Positions 29,285-38,904 of a DNA stretch of 64,000 nt are shown piece after piece; positions within the stretch are counted from its first letter, which is position 1, and each line of letters begins with the position of its first letter. Source of the stretch: Vampirovibrionaceae bacterium NZW_1234 (GTDB lineage Bacteria > Cyanobacteriota > Vampirovibrionia > Vampirovibrionales > JAGQHJ01); assembly GCA_041697335.1 (NCBI GenBank), contig JBGUGD010000035.1, positions 159,151 through 223,150 of the forward strand, read 5' to 3'. The translations under genes were made by a program, and so were the position numbers. Under the pieces are notes generated by a model, which saw only the letters and a list, made by a program, of their open reading frames with translations, searched no databases and was not told where the DNA came from.

Positions 29285-30085
29285 ATGTTGCCAAAGCTCC
29301 TACCCATCCTGGGCCCCAACGCGCCGGTTCTGTTTGGGGTCTCGCGCCGCAAACGCAATTCACTGCTCGGGCTTAGCCCAAACTGTGCTTATTGCGGAGA
29401 TACGTTTATTGCCAGTGTTCACAAACCTCATATCAAACCCCAACCCCCCACTTACGACCATATTCGACCCAAATCTGCCAAAGGAACCAGCCTCTATCCA
29501 AATGGCATTCTTGCTTGCCCACCCTGCAACAATGTGCGTCGCCAGAACATTCCTCTGCTGGAATTTATTATGGGCGATCGCAGCAAGTATTACTACAGCC
29601 AGGATGGGGAAATGGTTCTTCAGGTCGCAAGCCATGACCCACCAACCCCGGAAGCCGAGATTCAAGCCCGAAAAAAAGCTTTTTCGAATTACCTGAAGCG
29701 ATTTGTCAAGCGCCGCTATCGAATCAATACTGCTCATTCCAAACGCTGGTTCCCGCTGACCTTAGATAATCTGCTCTACCCTGTTTGGAAAAAAGGGGCC
29801 AAACCCTCAGACCCTGCGACCCTGAATACCCTGCTCAAAGAGCGTATCCATCAATTTATGAGTATTCTTGCCGACGCCGATCCGGGATTTTGGCTAAGCC
29901 AACACTTTCAAAAAATCGTCCGCCACGATTTTCGCACCCAACCCGAGCGCCGGGATATGTTTTTGGAGGCCTTACGACACCTGCGAGGTCAGCCCAAATC
30001 ACATGCAGGCCATGGACAGCCTCCTGTTATGCTATCCTTAGACCTGAAATCCCTACCCTTCCCGAAAACCGGAAGTGATGCTTAG
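29285..30085 (+). CDS. HNH endonuclease domain protein, paralog 1
   Basis: CAYCG..TYDHIRPKSAKG....NGILACPPCNN. Confidence 0.85.
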   Translation: MLPKLLPILGPNAPVLFGVSRRKRNSLLGLSPNCAYCGDTFIASVHKPHIKPQPPTYDHIRPKSAKGTSLYPNGILACPPCNNVRRQNIPLLEFIMGDRSKYYYSQDGEMVLQVASHDPPTPEAEIQARKKAFSNYLKRFVKRRYRINTAHSKRWFPLTLDNLLYPVWKKGAKPSDPATLNTLLKERIHQFMSILADADPGFWLSQHFQKIVRHDFRTQPERRDMFLEALRHLRGQPKSHAGHGQPPVMLSLDLKSLPFPKTGSDA

Positions 30086-30818
30086 CTTTTTTATCAGTTC
30101 AAGCTCGCCGCAAACACCCTCGGTATTGCACTTCAAAGGGCGCCTCGACCATGCCTCAGTCACAAAGAAACTAGGCCGGTTTGCCCCTCAGTGTGCTTAT
30201 TGTAGCGTGGCCTTTCTCCCTCCCTTCAAACAAGACCCCAAGCCAACCTTTGATCACCTCAAGCCAAACACGGCTCAAGGTCCCAAGACCCTGGAGAACG
30301 GTGTCCTTAGCTGTGAACCCTGCAACACACTGCGCCAAAGCACCCCTGTTCTTAACTTTCTTCAGGGCATTGCCGGGAACTATATTTATTCCAGGACAGC
30401 GGATGGTTATCTGGTGACGCCGCCCAGATCTGCCACCATGGCCTCCACCGATACGGTTTTAGCCCGACAGCGTTCTCTCTCCTCCTATTTGAGACGCATG
30501 CTGGAGCGCCGGGTTAAAGCCGAAGGGGATCCGAAGCCCAACAGTTGGTTTGCCCATGCCCTAGATAACCTACTCTTTCCTACGTGGGGCGAGGGACTAC
30601 AGCCAAACTCTCTATCCGTGCAAAATGCAGCTTGGCACCAACGGGCAACACAGTTATTTTGCCTTCTGGGAAAAGCTGATCCTCGTTTTTGGCTAGGTCG
30701 CCCCTTCCGAGTCCTTCTTGACAGAGACATTAAAGCGTTTCCTGAGCTGTATGGGCGTCTTGGTAACGTCATGACATATGTTCGACAGAACTTGTCCGCC
30801 CAGGGTCGTCAGCATTAA
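30078..30818 (+). CDS. HNH endonuclease domain protein, paralog 2
   Basis: CAYCS..TFDHLKPNTAQG....NGVLSCEPCNT; overlaps the stop of paralog 1. Confidence 0.85.
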   Translation: MLSFFISSSSPQTPSVLHFKGRLDHASVTKKLGRFAPQCAYCSVAFLPPFKQDPKPTFDHLKPNTAQGPKTLENGVLSCEPCNTLRQSTPVLNFLQGIAGNYIYSRTADGYLVTPPRSATMASTDTVLARQRSLSSYLRRMLERRVKAEGDPKPNSWFAHALDNLLFPTWGEGLQPNSLSVQNAAWHQRATQLFCLLGKADPRFWLGRPFRVLLDRDIKAFPELYGRLGNVMTYVRQNLSAQGRQH

Positions 30819-30975
30819 GTTGTTCTTGTACCTACATATCCCGAAAGCTCAGTCTCACTTCGGCCTTCTGCTCTGCGTGTAAAGAAATGCTACAGCTTGC
30901 ATGAATTCATTAGACAACAGGTTGTTTAGGCTCAGTTTCCTATAGTAAACTGAGCCTAGAGTATTCTCGGAGGAC

Positions 30976-31467
30976 ATGTCACCCATGAGCGTCACGGCCA
31001 TTTATCCCGGCAGTTTTGACCCGGTGACCAAAGGCCATGTGGATGTGGTAAGTCGAGCCAGCCGCATGTTTGACCGTATTGTTATGGCCGTGGCCCTGAA
31101 TGCTGAAAAAAAACCTCTATTTGAGCCACGTCACCGCTTGGAGTTATTAGAAAAAGCCGTGAGCCATTTACCCAATGTCAGTGTAACGTCCTTTCGAGGT
31201 CTAACCGCCGAATTTGCCAAGCAAAACAATGCCACCGTGATTATTCGAGGCTTGCGGGCAATTTCGGATTTTGAATTTGAGTTTCAAATGTCTCAGATGA
31301 ACAAAATTTTATTTCCTGAATTGGAAACCGTATTTGTCATGGCCAATTTGGACTATACTTTCTTATCATCCAGTATGGTCAAGGAAGTGGCGATGCTGGG
31401 GGGCAATGTCACCCAGTTGGTCCCGGAGGCCGTTCAAGAAGCGTTACGTCAAAAGATAAGCTCATAG
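30976..31467 (+). CDS. coaD: Phosphopantetheine adenylyltransferase
   Basis: AIYPGSFDPVTKGH, IIRGLRAISDFEFE, SSSMVKE. Confidence 0.97.
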   Translation: MSPMSVTAIYPGSFDPVTKGHVDVVSRASRMFDRIVMAVALNAEKKPLFEPRHRLELLEKAVSHLPNVSVTSFRGLTAEFAKQNNATVIIRGLRAISDFEFEFQMSQMNKILFPELETVFVMANLDYTFLSSSMVKEVAMLGGNVTQLVPEAVQEALRQKISS

Positions 31468-31500
31468 AGCACCAGAAAGGGGAGATGCGCCATTAATACC

Positions 31501-32139
31501 TTGTATAAACTACTCGATCGATTGGAAAGCGTCATCATGGATGGGATCCCCATTCCCTTCCTACCGTACTCCATGGTCAATCAAGAAAAATTGATCGTAT
31601 TGCTGGACAAAATTCAGACTGCGATTCCCGATGAGATCCAAAAAGCCGATCAGGTTCTGACTCAGCGGGATGAAATCCAGCTGGAAGCACAACGCCGTGC
31701 CCAACAAATGTTGCAAGAGGCCAAACAACAGGCCGAATCCATGTTAAGCGACTCCGAACTCTTAAAAGCAGTACAATTGGAAGCTGAACGTGTTCGCCAG
31801 CAGGTGATGGCAGAATTACAATCCCTGCGTCAACAAACCCTGGACGAAACCGAAGAAGTTCGCCGGAAAGCCTATGAAGAAGCTCGCTTGGTACGGGAAA
31901 GTGCTGATGACTACGCCGAAGGTGTTTTAAAGACTTTAAGCCGTAACCTGGATGAATTCCAAAATGTGGCTCGAAACGCCCAGAAGCAACTGAAAAAAGT
32001 GCGAACAGATGCCATGCAGGCTCAACATGGAACCAATGCTATTACCTCAGGCAGCTATGCGACTGGCAAGACTAAAGACCCAGGCGCACGGGCCCACCGG
32101 GTTGATCGTCTTTCCCAGCCCCAGGAGCTGGAAGTGTAA
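31501..32139 (+). CDS. DivIVA/Cdv3-like coiled-coil protein
   Basis: LLDRLE..IP..LLDKIQTAIPDEI, long coiled coil, ADDYAEGVL; sits after coaD; TTG start. Confidence 0.7.
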   Translation: MYKLLDRLESVIMDGIPIPFLPYSMVNQEKLIVLLDKIQTAIPDEIQKADQVLTQRDEIQLEAQRRAQQMLQEAKQQAESMLSDSELLKAVQLEAERVRQQVMAELQSLRQQTLDETEEVRRKAYEEARLVRESADDYAEGVLKTLSRNLDEFQNVARNAQKQLKKVRTDAMQAQHGTNAITSGSYATGKTKDPGARAHRVDRLSQPQELEV

Positions 32140-32171
32140 GACGAAACCAGACAGTACAATACATCATAACT

Positions 32172-32206
32172 AAATTGACTCGAGTGTCTCTCACTCGGGT
32201 CAATTT
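32172..32206. terminator. Hairpin between convergent genes
   Basis: AAATTGACTCGAGTG-TCTCT-CACTCGGGTCAATTT. Confidence 0.75.
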
Positions 32207-32230
32207 GTATCTAGCCGGGTTCCTATCGCG

Positions 32231-32425
32231 TTACGCGGTTGCGCGACGCTGGGTAACCGCCCGCTTAATAACTTGTGATGCTTGATTCAACGCCGCTAAA
32301 ACGTCCATGGCTTCCTGTAACATGCCATCATCGTTTAAGCACACTGGCTGATAGCCAGCATCGTTCAAATCGCGCAAATAGCGATTTGCAACATACTGTT
32401 CCAACGTAGGTTGATTATTAGCCAA
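32231..32425 (-). CDS. Small hypothetical protein (64 aa, TTG start)
   Basis: GGAGGAGG RBS 8 nt upstream of the TTG at 32425. Confidence 0.65.
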   Translation of the reverse strand: MANNQPTLEQYVANRYLRDLNDAGYQPVCLNDDGMLQEAMDVLAALNQASQVIKRAVTQRRATA

Positions 32426-32618
32426 ACCGTTTTCCTCCTCCAAAAAAATCCAAGTCAAAAATGTAATTCGATAGTATACAAGTATATAAAAACGAACTTT
32501 TCGTTAAAATTGTCTCTGGTGCCTGTTTTATTAAGATATATGTATCCAAACCCAGTCGGAGAATTGATCTAATTCGTTTAATATGTAAAATGAGAATACT
32601 CTTTCTAACATGGGAGGA

Positions 32619-32802
32619 GGGAAGGAGGTTCTCTCCAACGCTGTTGACCCGAGCTAACGTTTCTGTGGCTTAGCGTGTCCGCTTTCAGCGAATCGGATAT
32701 TCCGAAAACAGCTCTCTCTCGCTGATTCCGAGTCCCCCCTGAGCCGACACGGTTCACAATCAGAAACCTTTCAACAGCCTCTTAGGGACAAACCTCTTTC
32801 CC
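32619..32802 (+). ncRNA. ssrS: 6S RNA-like long irregular hairpin (184 nt)
   Basis: Closing stem GGGAAGGAGGTT/AACCTCTTTCCC; inner GCTGTTGA/TCAACAGC, GTTTCTG/CAGAAAC, CAGCGA/TCGCTG; TAACAT -10 at 32606-11; length typical of 6S. Confidence 0.7.
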
Positions 32803-32904
32803 TTACAGCCCATTTTCTCGCTCTAATGTTGAATCTCCCCCTACTGACTTGCAAAAACTTCTTTTCTTATAACGAACATTTTCTTTTACCTACAGAACAT
32901 GTCC

Positions 32905-32953
32905 AGTCCAGCATTTGTGTGAGGTAATTCCTCAACCAGCTGGGCTTTTTTTT
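32905..32953 (+). terminator. Terminator-like hairpin, possibly ending the 6S precursor
   Basis: AGTCCAGC..TGAGG-TAATT-CCTCA..GCTGGGCT followed by a T-run. Confidence 0.6.
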
Positions 32954-33139
32954 CGGCGGACTCGAATGTTTGCATTGTCATAAGGACAGCCAAAGACGCT
33001 ATCGCCTTATCGAAGCCTTTCTTGGTTAAGAACCGGACGGAGAGAAAAATCTGCGCTAAAATAAGGGGGTTTCCAGGTCAGACTAGCGTTCTGAGCATCC
33101 AAACATCCAGACCCATCTGTGAAGAAGAGGAATCGCTCT

Positions 33140-35938
33140 ATGTCATCGTCATCCTCCAAATCTCGAGCTATCACCATTCAAGGGGCCCGTACCCATAACC
33201 TCAAAAATATCAGTTGCGATATCCCGCATGGGACTCTCACAGTGGTCACGGGACCATCGGGCTCAGGAAAGTCTTCCTTGGCATTCGATACATTATATGC
33301 AGAAGGCCAGCGCCGCTTTGTCGAATCCATGTCAACCTATGCCCGACAATTTTTGGAGCGCATCGAAAAGCCGGATGTCGATCAAATTCAGCATATCCTG
33401 CCCACCATTGCATTAGAACAGAAAAATCACATTAAAAACGCCCGCTCCACCGTGGGGACGGCGACCGAAATTTATGACTTTCTCAGGGTTTTAATGGCCA
33501 CCATTGGTAAGACCCATTGCCCTCAATGCGATCATATCGGGATTAAAGCCTCGCCCAGCCGAATCGATGCAGAACTGAAGACATGGCCTTCGGGGACCAA
33601 AGTCATCGTGGCCAGTCGGGTCTCTCTGAGCGACTTTACTCTGGAACAACTCATCAGCCAGGGCTATTTTCGAGTTCAAGTGGAAGGCGAAACGGTTGAC
33701 CTGAATGATGGCCTGCCAAAGGGTTTCAAAGACACGCACCTGGATATCGTTTTAGACCGCTTGGTCTTGAAAGGCGAACAAACTTCGGATCGCTTGCTGG
33801 AATCCTTGCGAAAAGCCCTGGAATTGAATCCCCATGAAGTTCGCTGTTATTTCCCTGGCCAGGAACAGGATTGCAAAGTCTTTCAGACTCAGTTTGCCTG
33901 TGGCCTGTGTCTGACTCCCTTAACCGAACCGTTTCCGAACCTGTTTTCGTTCAATAACCCCTTAGGGGCCTGTAAAGCTTGTGAGGGGTTTGGCAAAATC
34001 ATTGGGCTGGATCTGGACAAAGTGATTCCCAACCGAAAACTCTCCCTGGAAGAAGGTGCTGTTCATCCCTTTAACACCCCGGCAAATCAGGAAATGTACG
34101 ACGCCCTGATGCGGGAAGGGAAAAAACGGAAAATCCGTCTGAATGTCCCCTTTGAGGATCTAACCGATGGCGAGAAAACCTTTGTGTTGGACGGTGCCGG
34201 AAGCTATGAGGGAGTCAAAGCCTTTTTTGACTGGCTTGAAACAAAGAAGTATAAAGTCCATGTCCGGGTGATGCTGGCTAAGTATCGAGGCTATTATCTG
34301 TGTCCCGACTGTTTTGGCTCTCGGCTTCGACCTGAGGCCCTTAGAGTCAGACTGCAGGGCAAAAACATTCATGATTTATGCACGACACCGGTCTCCCAAT
34401 TGGTTACTTTTTTTGAGACCCTTGATCTGTCCGAAGAAGACCGCCAGGTGGCTCAACGCCTGCTTCGGGAAATCCAAAGCCGCCTCAGCTACTTAAATAC
34501 AATTGGTCTGGGGTACTTGACCTTGGCCCGTCAATCCCGAACTCTATCTGGCGGAGAAGCCCAGCGTATCAACTTATCGACAGCCCTGGGAAGTGCACTT
34601 ACAGACACATTGTATGTTCTGGATGAGCCGACAGTAGGACTTCATGCCCGTGACACTCAGCGTCTTCTAACAGTCCTTCAAGCTCTTAGGGACTATGGCA
34701 ATACATTGGTCATTGTAGAACACGACCCGGAGATGATTTTAGGTGCCGATCGAATTCTCGATATTGGTCCTACGGGTGGGCGAGAAGGCGGCCACGTAGT
34801 CTTTGAAGGAAAGTTGAAAGACTTTCTGAAGGCCAATCACTCCCAAACCAGTTATTACCTGAAACACCCGCCCAAGGTAAAATCCACACCCCTTTCCTTG
34901 TCCTCTGACGCTTCGAATTGGATTGAAATACTAGGGGCCCAAGGCAACAACTTGAAAAATATCGATGTTCGGTTGCCTAAAAACGCCTTAGTTTGTGTCT
35001 CCGGGGTTTCAGGCTCTGGAAAGTCCACCTTAATCAAACAGACTCTGTATGCCAACTACCATCAAGCCAAAGGACAAGAGCTGACCTTGGACTTAGGCCC
35101 TTGCGTCGGTCTTAATGGCTTAGATGACTTTTCTGACGTTATTCTTGTAGACCAGACGCCACCCGGACGGTCTATTCGTTCCAACCCGGTGACCTACGTC
35201 AAAGCGTATGATGAGATCCGAAAGCTCTTTGCCGGCACTCGCCAGGCCCAGGCATTGGGCATTACACCTAGCCATTTCTCTTTTAATTCCGCTGGCGGGC
35301 GTTGTGAGACCTGTGAAGGCTTAGGTGTTGTAACTATTGACATGCAATTTATGGCCGATGTCACAATGACGTGCTCGGATTGTCAGGGCAAGCGCTTTTC
35401 TCCAGCGGTACTTGCTGTGGAATTTGAAGGCAAGACCATCAATGATGTTTTAAATATGACTATTGACGAGGCCTTAACCTTTTTTCAGCGAAACAACCGG
35501 GTGACTAAAAAGCTCTTGCCTTTACGTGAAATTGGCCTGGGTTACTTGCACCTGGGACAATCGACAGCCACCCTATCCGGTGGCGAAGCCCAACGCCTGA
35601 AACTTGCCTCTTATCTGAGCACCAGTGACAATCACCAGGCTCCTCACCTGTTTATTTTTGATGAACCAACCACAGGACTTCACTTGACTGACATCCAAGT
35701 GTTGGTTGCTGCATTGCGCAAGCTGTTGAAATCCGGGCATTCCGTCATTGTTGTGGAACATAACATCGAGTTCCTAGCTCATGCTGACTACATTATTGAC
35801 TTGGGACCTGAGGGCGGCGAAGGTGGGGGGCAAATTGTGGCTCAAGGCCTTTTAAGTGAGGTTATGGCCAATCCCGATTCGGTGACTGGGGCCTTCCTGA
35901 AAGAACGCATGCAAGCCCCACAACTGGTGAAAGCCTAA
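33140..35938 (+). CDS. uvrA: Excinuclease ABC subunit A
   Basis: [31 protein letters not shown], two LSGGEAQR and DEPT motifs, Zn-finger cysteines. Confidence 0.96.
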   Translation: MSSSSSKSRAITIQGARTHNLKNISCDIPHGTLTVVTGPSGSGKSSLAFDTLYAEGQRRFVESMSTYARQFLERIEKPDVDQIQHILPTIALEQKNHIKNARSTVGTATEIYDFLRVLMATIGKTHCPQCDHIGIKASPSRIDAELKTWPSGTKVIVASRVSLSDFTLEQLISQGYFRVQVEGETVDLNDGLPKGFKDTHLDIVLDRLVLKGEQTSDRLLESLRKALELNPHEVRCYFPGQEQDCKVFQTQFACGLCLTPLTEPFPNLFSFNNPLGACKACEGFGKIIGLDLDKVIPNRKLSLEEGAVHPFNTPANQEMYDALMREGKKRKIRLNVPFEDLTDGEKTFVLDGAGSYEGVKAFFDWLETKKYKVHVRVMLAKYRGYYLCPDCFGSRLRPEALRVRLQGKNIHDLCTTPVSQLVTFFETLDLSEEDRQVAQRLLREIQSRLSYLNTIGLGYLTLARQSRTLSGGEAQRINLSTALGSALTDTLYVLDEPTVGLHARDTQRLLTVLQALRDYGNTLVIVEHDPEMILGADRILDIGPTGGREGGHVVFEGKLKDFLKANHSQTSYYLKHPPKVKSTPLSLSSDASNWIEILGAQGNNLKNIDVRLPKNALVCVSGVSGSGKSTLIKQTLYANYHQAKGQELTLDLGPCVGLNGLDDFSDVILVDQTPPGRSIRSNPVTYVKAYDEIRKLFAGTRQAQALGITPSHFSFNSAGGRCETCEGLGVVTIDMQFMADVTMTCSDCQGKRFSPAVLAVEFEGKTINDVLNMTIDEALTFFQRNNRVTKKLLPLREIGLGYLHLGQSTATLSGGEAQRLKLASYLSTSDNHQAPHLFIFDEPTTGLHLTDIQVLVAALRKLLKSGHSVIVVEHNIEFLAHADYIIDLGPEGGEGGGQIVAQGLLSEVMANPDSVTGAFLKERMQAPQLVKA

Positions 35939-35997
35939 TCGGGTACGCCCAGCCAGAAGTTGGGTTTTTACCGCCACCGTTCTAAAATAGTCCCATC

Positions 35998-37404
35998 ATG
36001 AAGATTGTCTTTTGTGCCGCAGAAGCGGCTCCCTATGTAAAAGTCGGTGGTCTTGGGGATGTGGTGGGCAGCCTCCCCAAAGCCCTCGTTAATGTCGATC
36101 CCAATGTTGAAGTCCTAGTGATGTTGCCTCAGTACGGCTCCCTGCTGGATCCATCCTTGGAGCTTCTGGATAGCGGTGTGAGCTTTCAGGTGGAGTATCA
36201 TGGACAATCATACCCGTTTCGAGTTCTAGAAAAAACGCTACCAGGCTCTAGAGTACCCATTTATTTTTTTGCCAATCATGAGTTGTTTGGCCAGTACCCT
36301 GGTCCCTACCCGGGCTTACATCCCACCCACGAGGCCCTGCGCTTTGAAGTGTTTGCCCAGGCGGTTTATGCTTTTTTAACCCATCAACACTGGGACGTCG
36401 ATATTCTCCATCTTCATGACTGGCACACGGCTCCCTTGGCTGTGTTTCTCAAAGACCACTATCAAAAACACCCTCTGTTTCAAGGGACAAGAACCGTCTT
36501 ATCTATTCATAACTTAGCTTACCAAGGCAATACCGGCTACCATGACTGGCTAGCCGAAGGCCTTGAAGCGAGCGATGCCCTGGTTGCTGTTTCGCCCACT
36601 TATGCTCACGAGATTCTCACCCCGGAAGGCGGCGCCAATCTGGAGCATATCGTCCAACGCCAGCAGCACAAGCTCTGTGGTATCCTCAACGGGATTGACA
36701 CCGACCTGTTTAACCCAGCGACAGACGTCTTTCTCCCGGCCCGTTATGATGCTTCAACGGTCCAAACCGGCAAAGCGACTTGTAAAGAGGCTCTTCAAAT
36801 GCATATGGGGCTACCCGTTCAACCGGATGTTCCCTTGATTGGCATGGTCTCCCGCTTGGCTGAGCAAAAAGGTCTGGACTTAATTCTGGAAGCCATGCCT
36901 CAGCTTCAGGCCTTGGACGCTCAGTTTGTATTTTTGGGCTCGGGTGAGCCCGTTTATCAGGATGGACTTAGACAGTGGAACGAAACCAGCCCCAACATCC
37001 GCACCATGGTGGGCTTCAATATGGCCTTGGGTCAGCACATTTATGCAGGGGCGGATGCCTTTTTGATGCCCAGTCGTTTTGAGCCTTGCGGCCTGAGCCA
37101 AATGATCGCCCTTCGCTATGGTACTGTTCCCATTGTGCGCCAAACCGGTGGCTTGGCTGACACCGTTTTTGACAGCAATAACAGCTCTGAGAAAGCCAAT
37201 GGCTTTTGCTTCCGAGACTACACACCGGAAGCCATGATAGCCACTGTAAGACGAGCATTGGCCACATACACTCAAAATCCTTCATTATGGGAATCCTTGA
37301 TTCAGCGGGGGATGACAACAGACTTCAGTTGGGCGAAAAGTGCCCAAGCCTACCTTAATATCTATGCCTACGTCAAAAACAAAGCAACCTTAAGGACCCT
37401 GTAA
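35998..37404 (+). CDS. glgA: Glycogen synthase
   Basis: KVGGLGDV, HLHDWHT, IHNLAYQG, SRLAEQKG, PSRFEPCGLSQ, TGGLADTV. Confidence 0.96.
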   Translation: MKIVFCAAEAAPYVKVGGLGDVVGSLPKALVNVDPNVEVLVMLPQYGSLLDPSLELLDSGVSFQVEYHGQSYPFRVLEKTLPGSRVPIYFFANHELFGQYPGPYPGLHPTHEALRFEVFAQAVYAFLTHQHWDVDILHLHDWHTAPLAVFLKDHYQKHPLFQGTRTVLSIHNLAYQGNTGYHDWLAEGLEASDALVAVSPTYAHEILTPEGGANLEHIVQRQQHKLCGILNGIDTDLFNPATDVFLPARYDASTVQTGKATCKEALQMHMGLPVQPDVPLIGMVSRLAEQKGLDLILEAMPQLQALDAQFVFLGSGEPVYQDGLRQWNETSPNIRTMVGFNMALGQHIYAGADAFLMPSRFEPCGLSQMIALRYGTVPIVRQTGGLADTVFDSNNSSEKANGFCFRDYTPEAMIATVRRALATYTQNPSLWESLIQRGMTTDFSWAKSAQAYLNIYAYVKNKATLRTL

Positions 37405-37407
37405 CCC

Positions 37408-38004
37408 ATGGCAAACTTGATTTCGTTTATTCGCGCCTTGTTGGCCTGCTTCGTTGTGGTGCTGTTGCAAATTCACACCCAGGCCATTTATCTGACTTGT
37501 TTCTTCCTCACCATCATCGTCATCTGGATGGACGGGTTGGATGGGTATGTTGCCCGTAAACTTAATGAATCATCCAAAATGGGGGCGGTCATCGACATTC
37601 TCTTTGATCGAGTGGTTGAGATGGTTTATTGGATTGGGTTTCTGGCTTTGAGCTGGGTTCCGCTCTGGATTCCCCTGCTGGTGTCCGTTCGAGGCATTCT
37701 TGTGGACGGATTTAGAAGTGTGGCCTTGGAGCAAGGCTATACCGCCTTTGGCTCAACCTCAATGATGCAATCCAAGCTGGGCGTCTTCTTTGTCAGCTCA
37801 CGGGCCAGCCGTTGGCTGTATGCGGCCTTCAAGGCCATCGCCTTTTCGCTGACCATCCTGGCCTTTACCCCGGATCTCCCATCCTCTTGGGTGACTTGGG
37901 TCAAACCTGTTGCTTACCTCAGCATTTATATCACGGTGTTCTTTTGTGTGGTCCGGGGGGTTCCGGTTCTGTTGGAATCCCGGCGCTTTTTTGCCAAGAC
38001 CTGA
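37408..38004 (+). CDS. CDP-alcohol phosphatidyltransferase (PgsA-like)
   Basis: DGLDGYVAR..S..GAVIDILFDR signature; several TMs. Confidence 0.88.
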   Translation: MANLISFIRALLACFVVVLLQIHTQAIYLTCFFLTIIVIWMDGLDGYVARKLNESSKMGAVIDILFDRVVEMVYWIGFLALSWVPLWIPLLVSVRGILVDGFRSVALEQGYTAFGSTSMMQSKLGVFFVSSRASRWLYAAFKAIAFSLTILAFTPDLPSSWVTWVKPVAYLSIYITVFFCVVRGVPVLLESRRFFAKT

Positions 38005-38675
38005 TGTGGCCCCAATCGGGTTCGTGTGAGGACACTGGCATCGTCGAGACCATGACGAGTGACCCGACACGTCGGCATATAGACCTCCGGCCCATTACTC
38101 TGGTCTTCTTGAACCTGACTTGGGAAATGGGCTTTCAACGCTTTGGACCACCACCCATTGGGGAGGCCAAAAGAGCGGGTATCCAGGTCCAACAAATCTT
38201 TGCCGATACTTACTCGGCGTCGACGAAGGATATCCGCCACTTCAGCCATGGCCTGCTTCAAGGCAATGGACTTCTTCTGATCCTTTTCAAGCACATCAAA
38301 CTGGGCTTTGGCTTGCTCCGGGTTCTTGAATTTGCGAAGGATATAAATATCTGTGACCTCAGGAATGTCAGTGGCTCTGGGGAATAACCCATGCCAGCGA
38401 CCAAACTTGTTTTTAAAAAAGTACATCCGAATCGACAAGCCATCCATCAGCCAGTTCCATGCTTTTTGGATACTATTCCAAACAGGGATCTTACTTTCGG
38501 AACGAACAAAGCAAAGCCTCGGGTTTAGCGTTGGCTCCTTCGACCAAACACGGGCAGCTTTCTCGATCTGTTCCATCTCGGCTTTCGTGGCTCGTCGACC
38601 AAAACGTAACGGGTCTGAAGAGGTAACAATGTGCGATTGACCCATCCGACTTAGGAGGGGAGGAGATAAAGGCAT
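37926..38675 (-). CDS. Basic hypothetical protein with an N-terminal LRFG motif
   Basis: 249-aa ORF filling the gap; its 3' end overlaps the pgsA-like gene by 79 nt. Confidence 0.65.
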   Translation of the reverse strand: MPLSPPLLSRMGQSHIVTSSDPLRFGRRATKAEMEQIEKAARVWSKEPTLNPRLCFVRSESKIPVWNSIQKAWNWLMDGLSIRMYFFKNKFGRWHGLFPRATDIPEVTDIYILRKFKNPEQAKAQFDVLEKDQKKSIALKQAMAEVADILRRRRVSIGKDLLDLDTRSFGLPNGWWSKALKAHFPSQVQEDQSNGPEVYMPTCRVTRHGLDDASVLTRTRLGPHQVLAKKRRDSNRTGTPRTTQKNTVI

Positions 38676-38904
38676 GGCGGGGGTTCCTTCTAAAGGCTTG
38701 CTGCATCAACGCCCCTGAAAGCCAAATGTTGCGCCCAGAGTCTGATATGGCGTGACATTTGTTTACATGAACAGGGCTTACAATCGTTCCCTTAGATACC
38801 ATCGTCTTGGACTTTCCTTCGTTGGGTCGGGTTGCCAGACGAATCAATCCATACTACAGTCAAACGTATCGATATCGTGCCAAACAGAATGAATCACCCC
38901 TGCC

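Noticed and set aside
28684..30975. HNH genes as part of a tRNA-integrated mobile element or an IscB/HEARO-type system
   Set aside because: No integrase, transposase, RuvC motifs, att duplication or adjacent structured RNA is seen
32491..33118. Possible LexA box upstream of uvrA (AACGAACTTTTCGTT and GAACAT sites)
   Set aside because: None matches GAAC-N4-GTTC or the cyanobacterial AGTAC-N4-GTTC pattern convincingly
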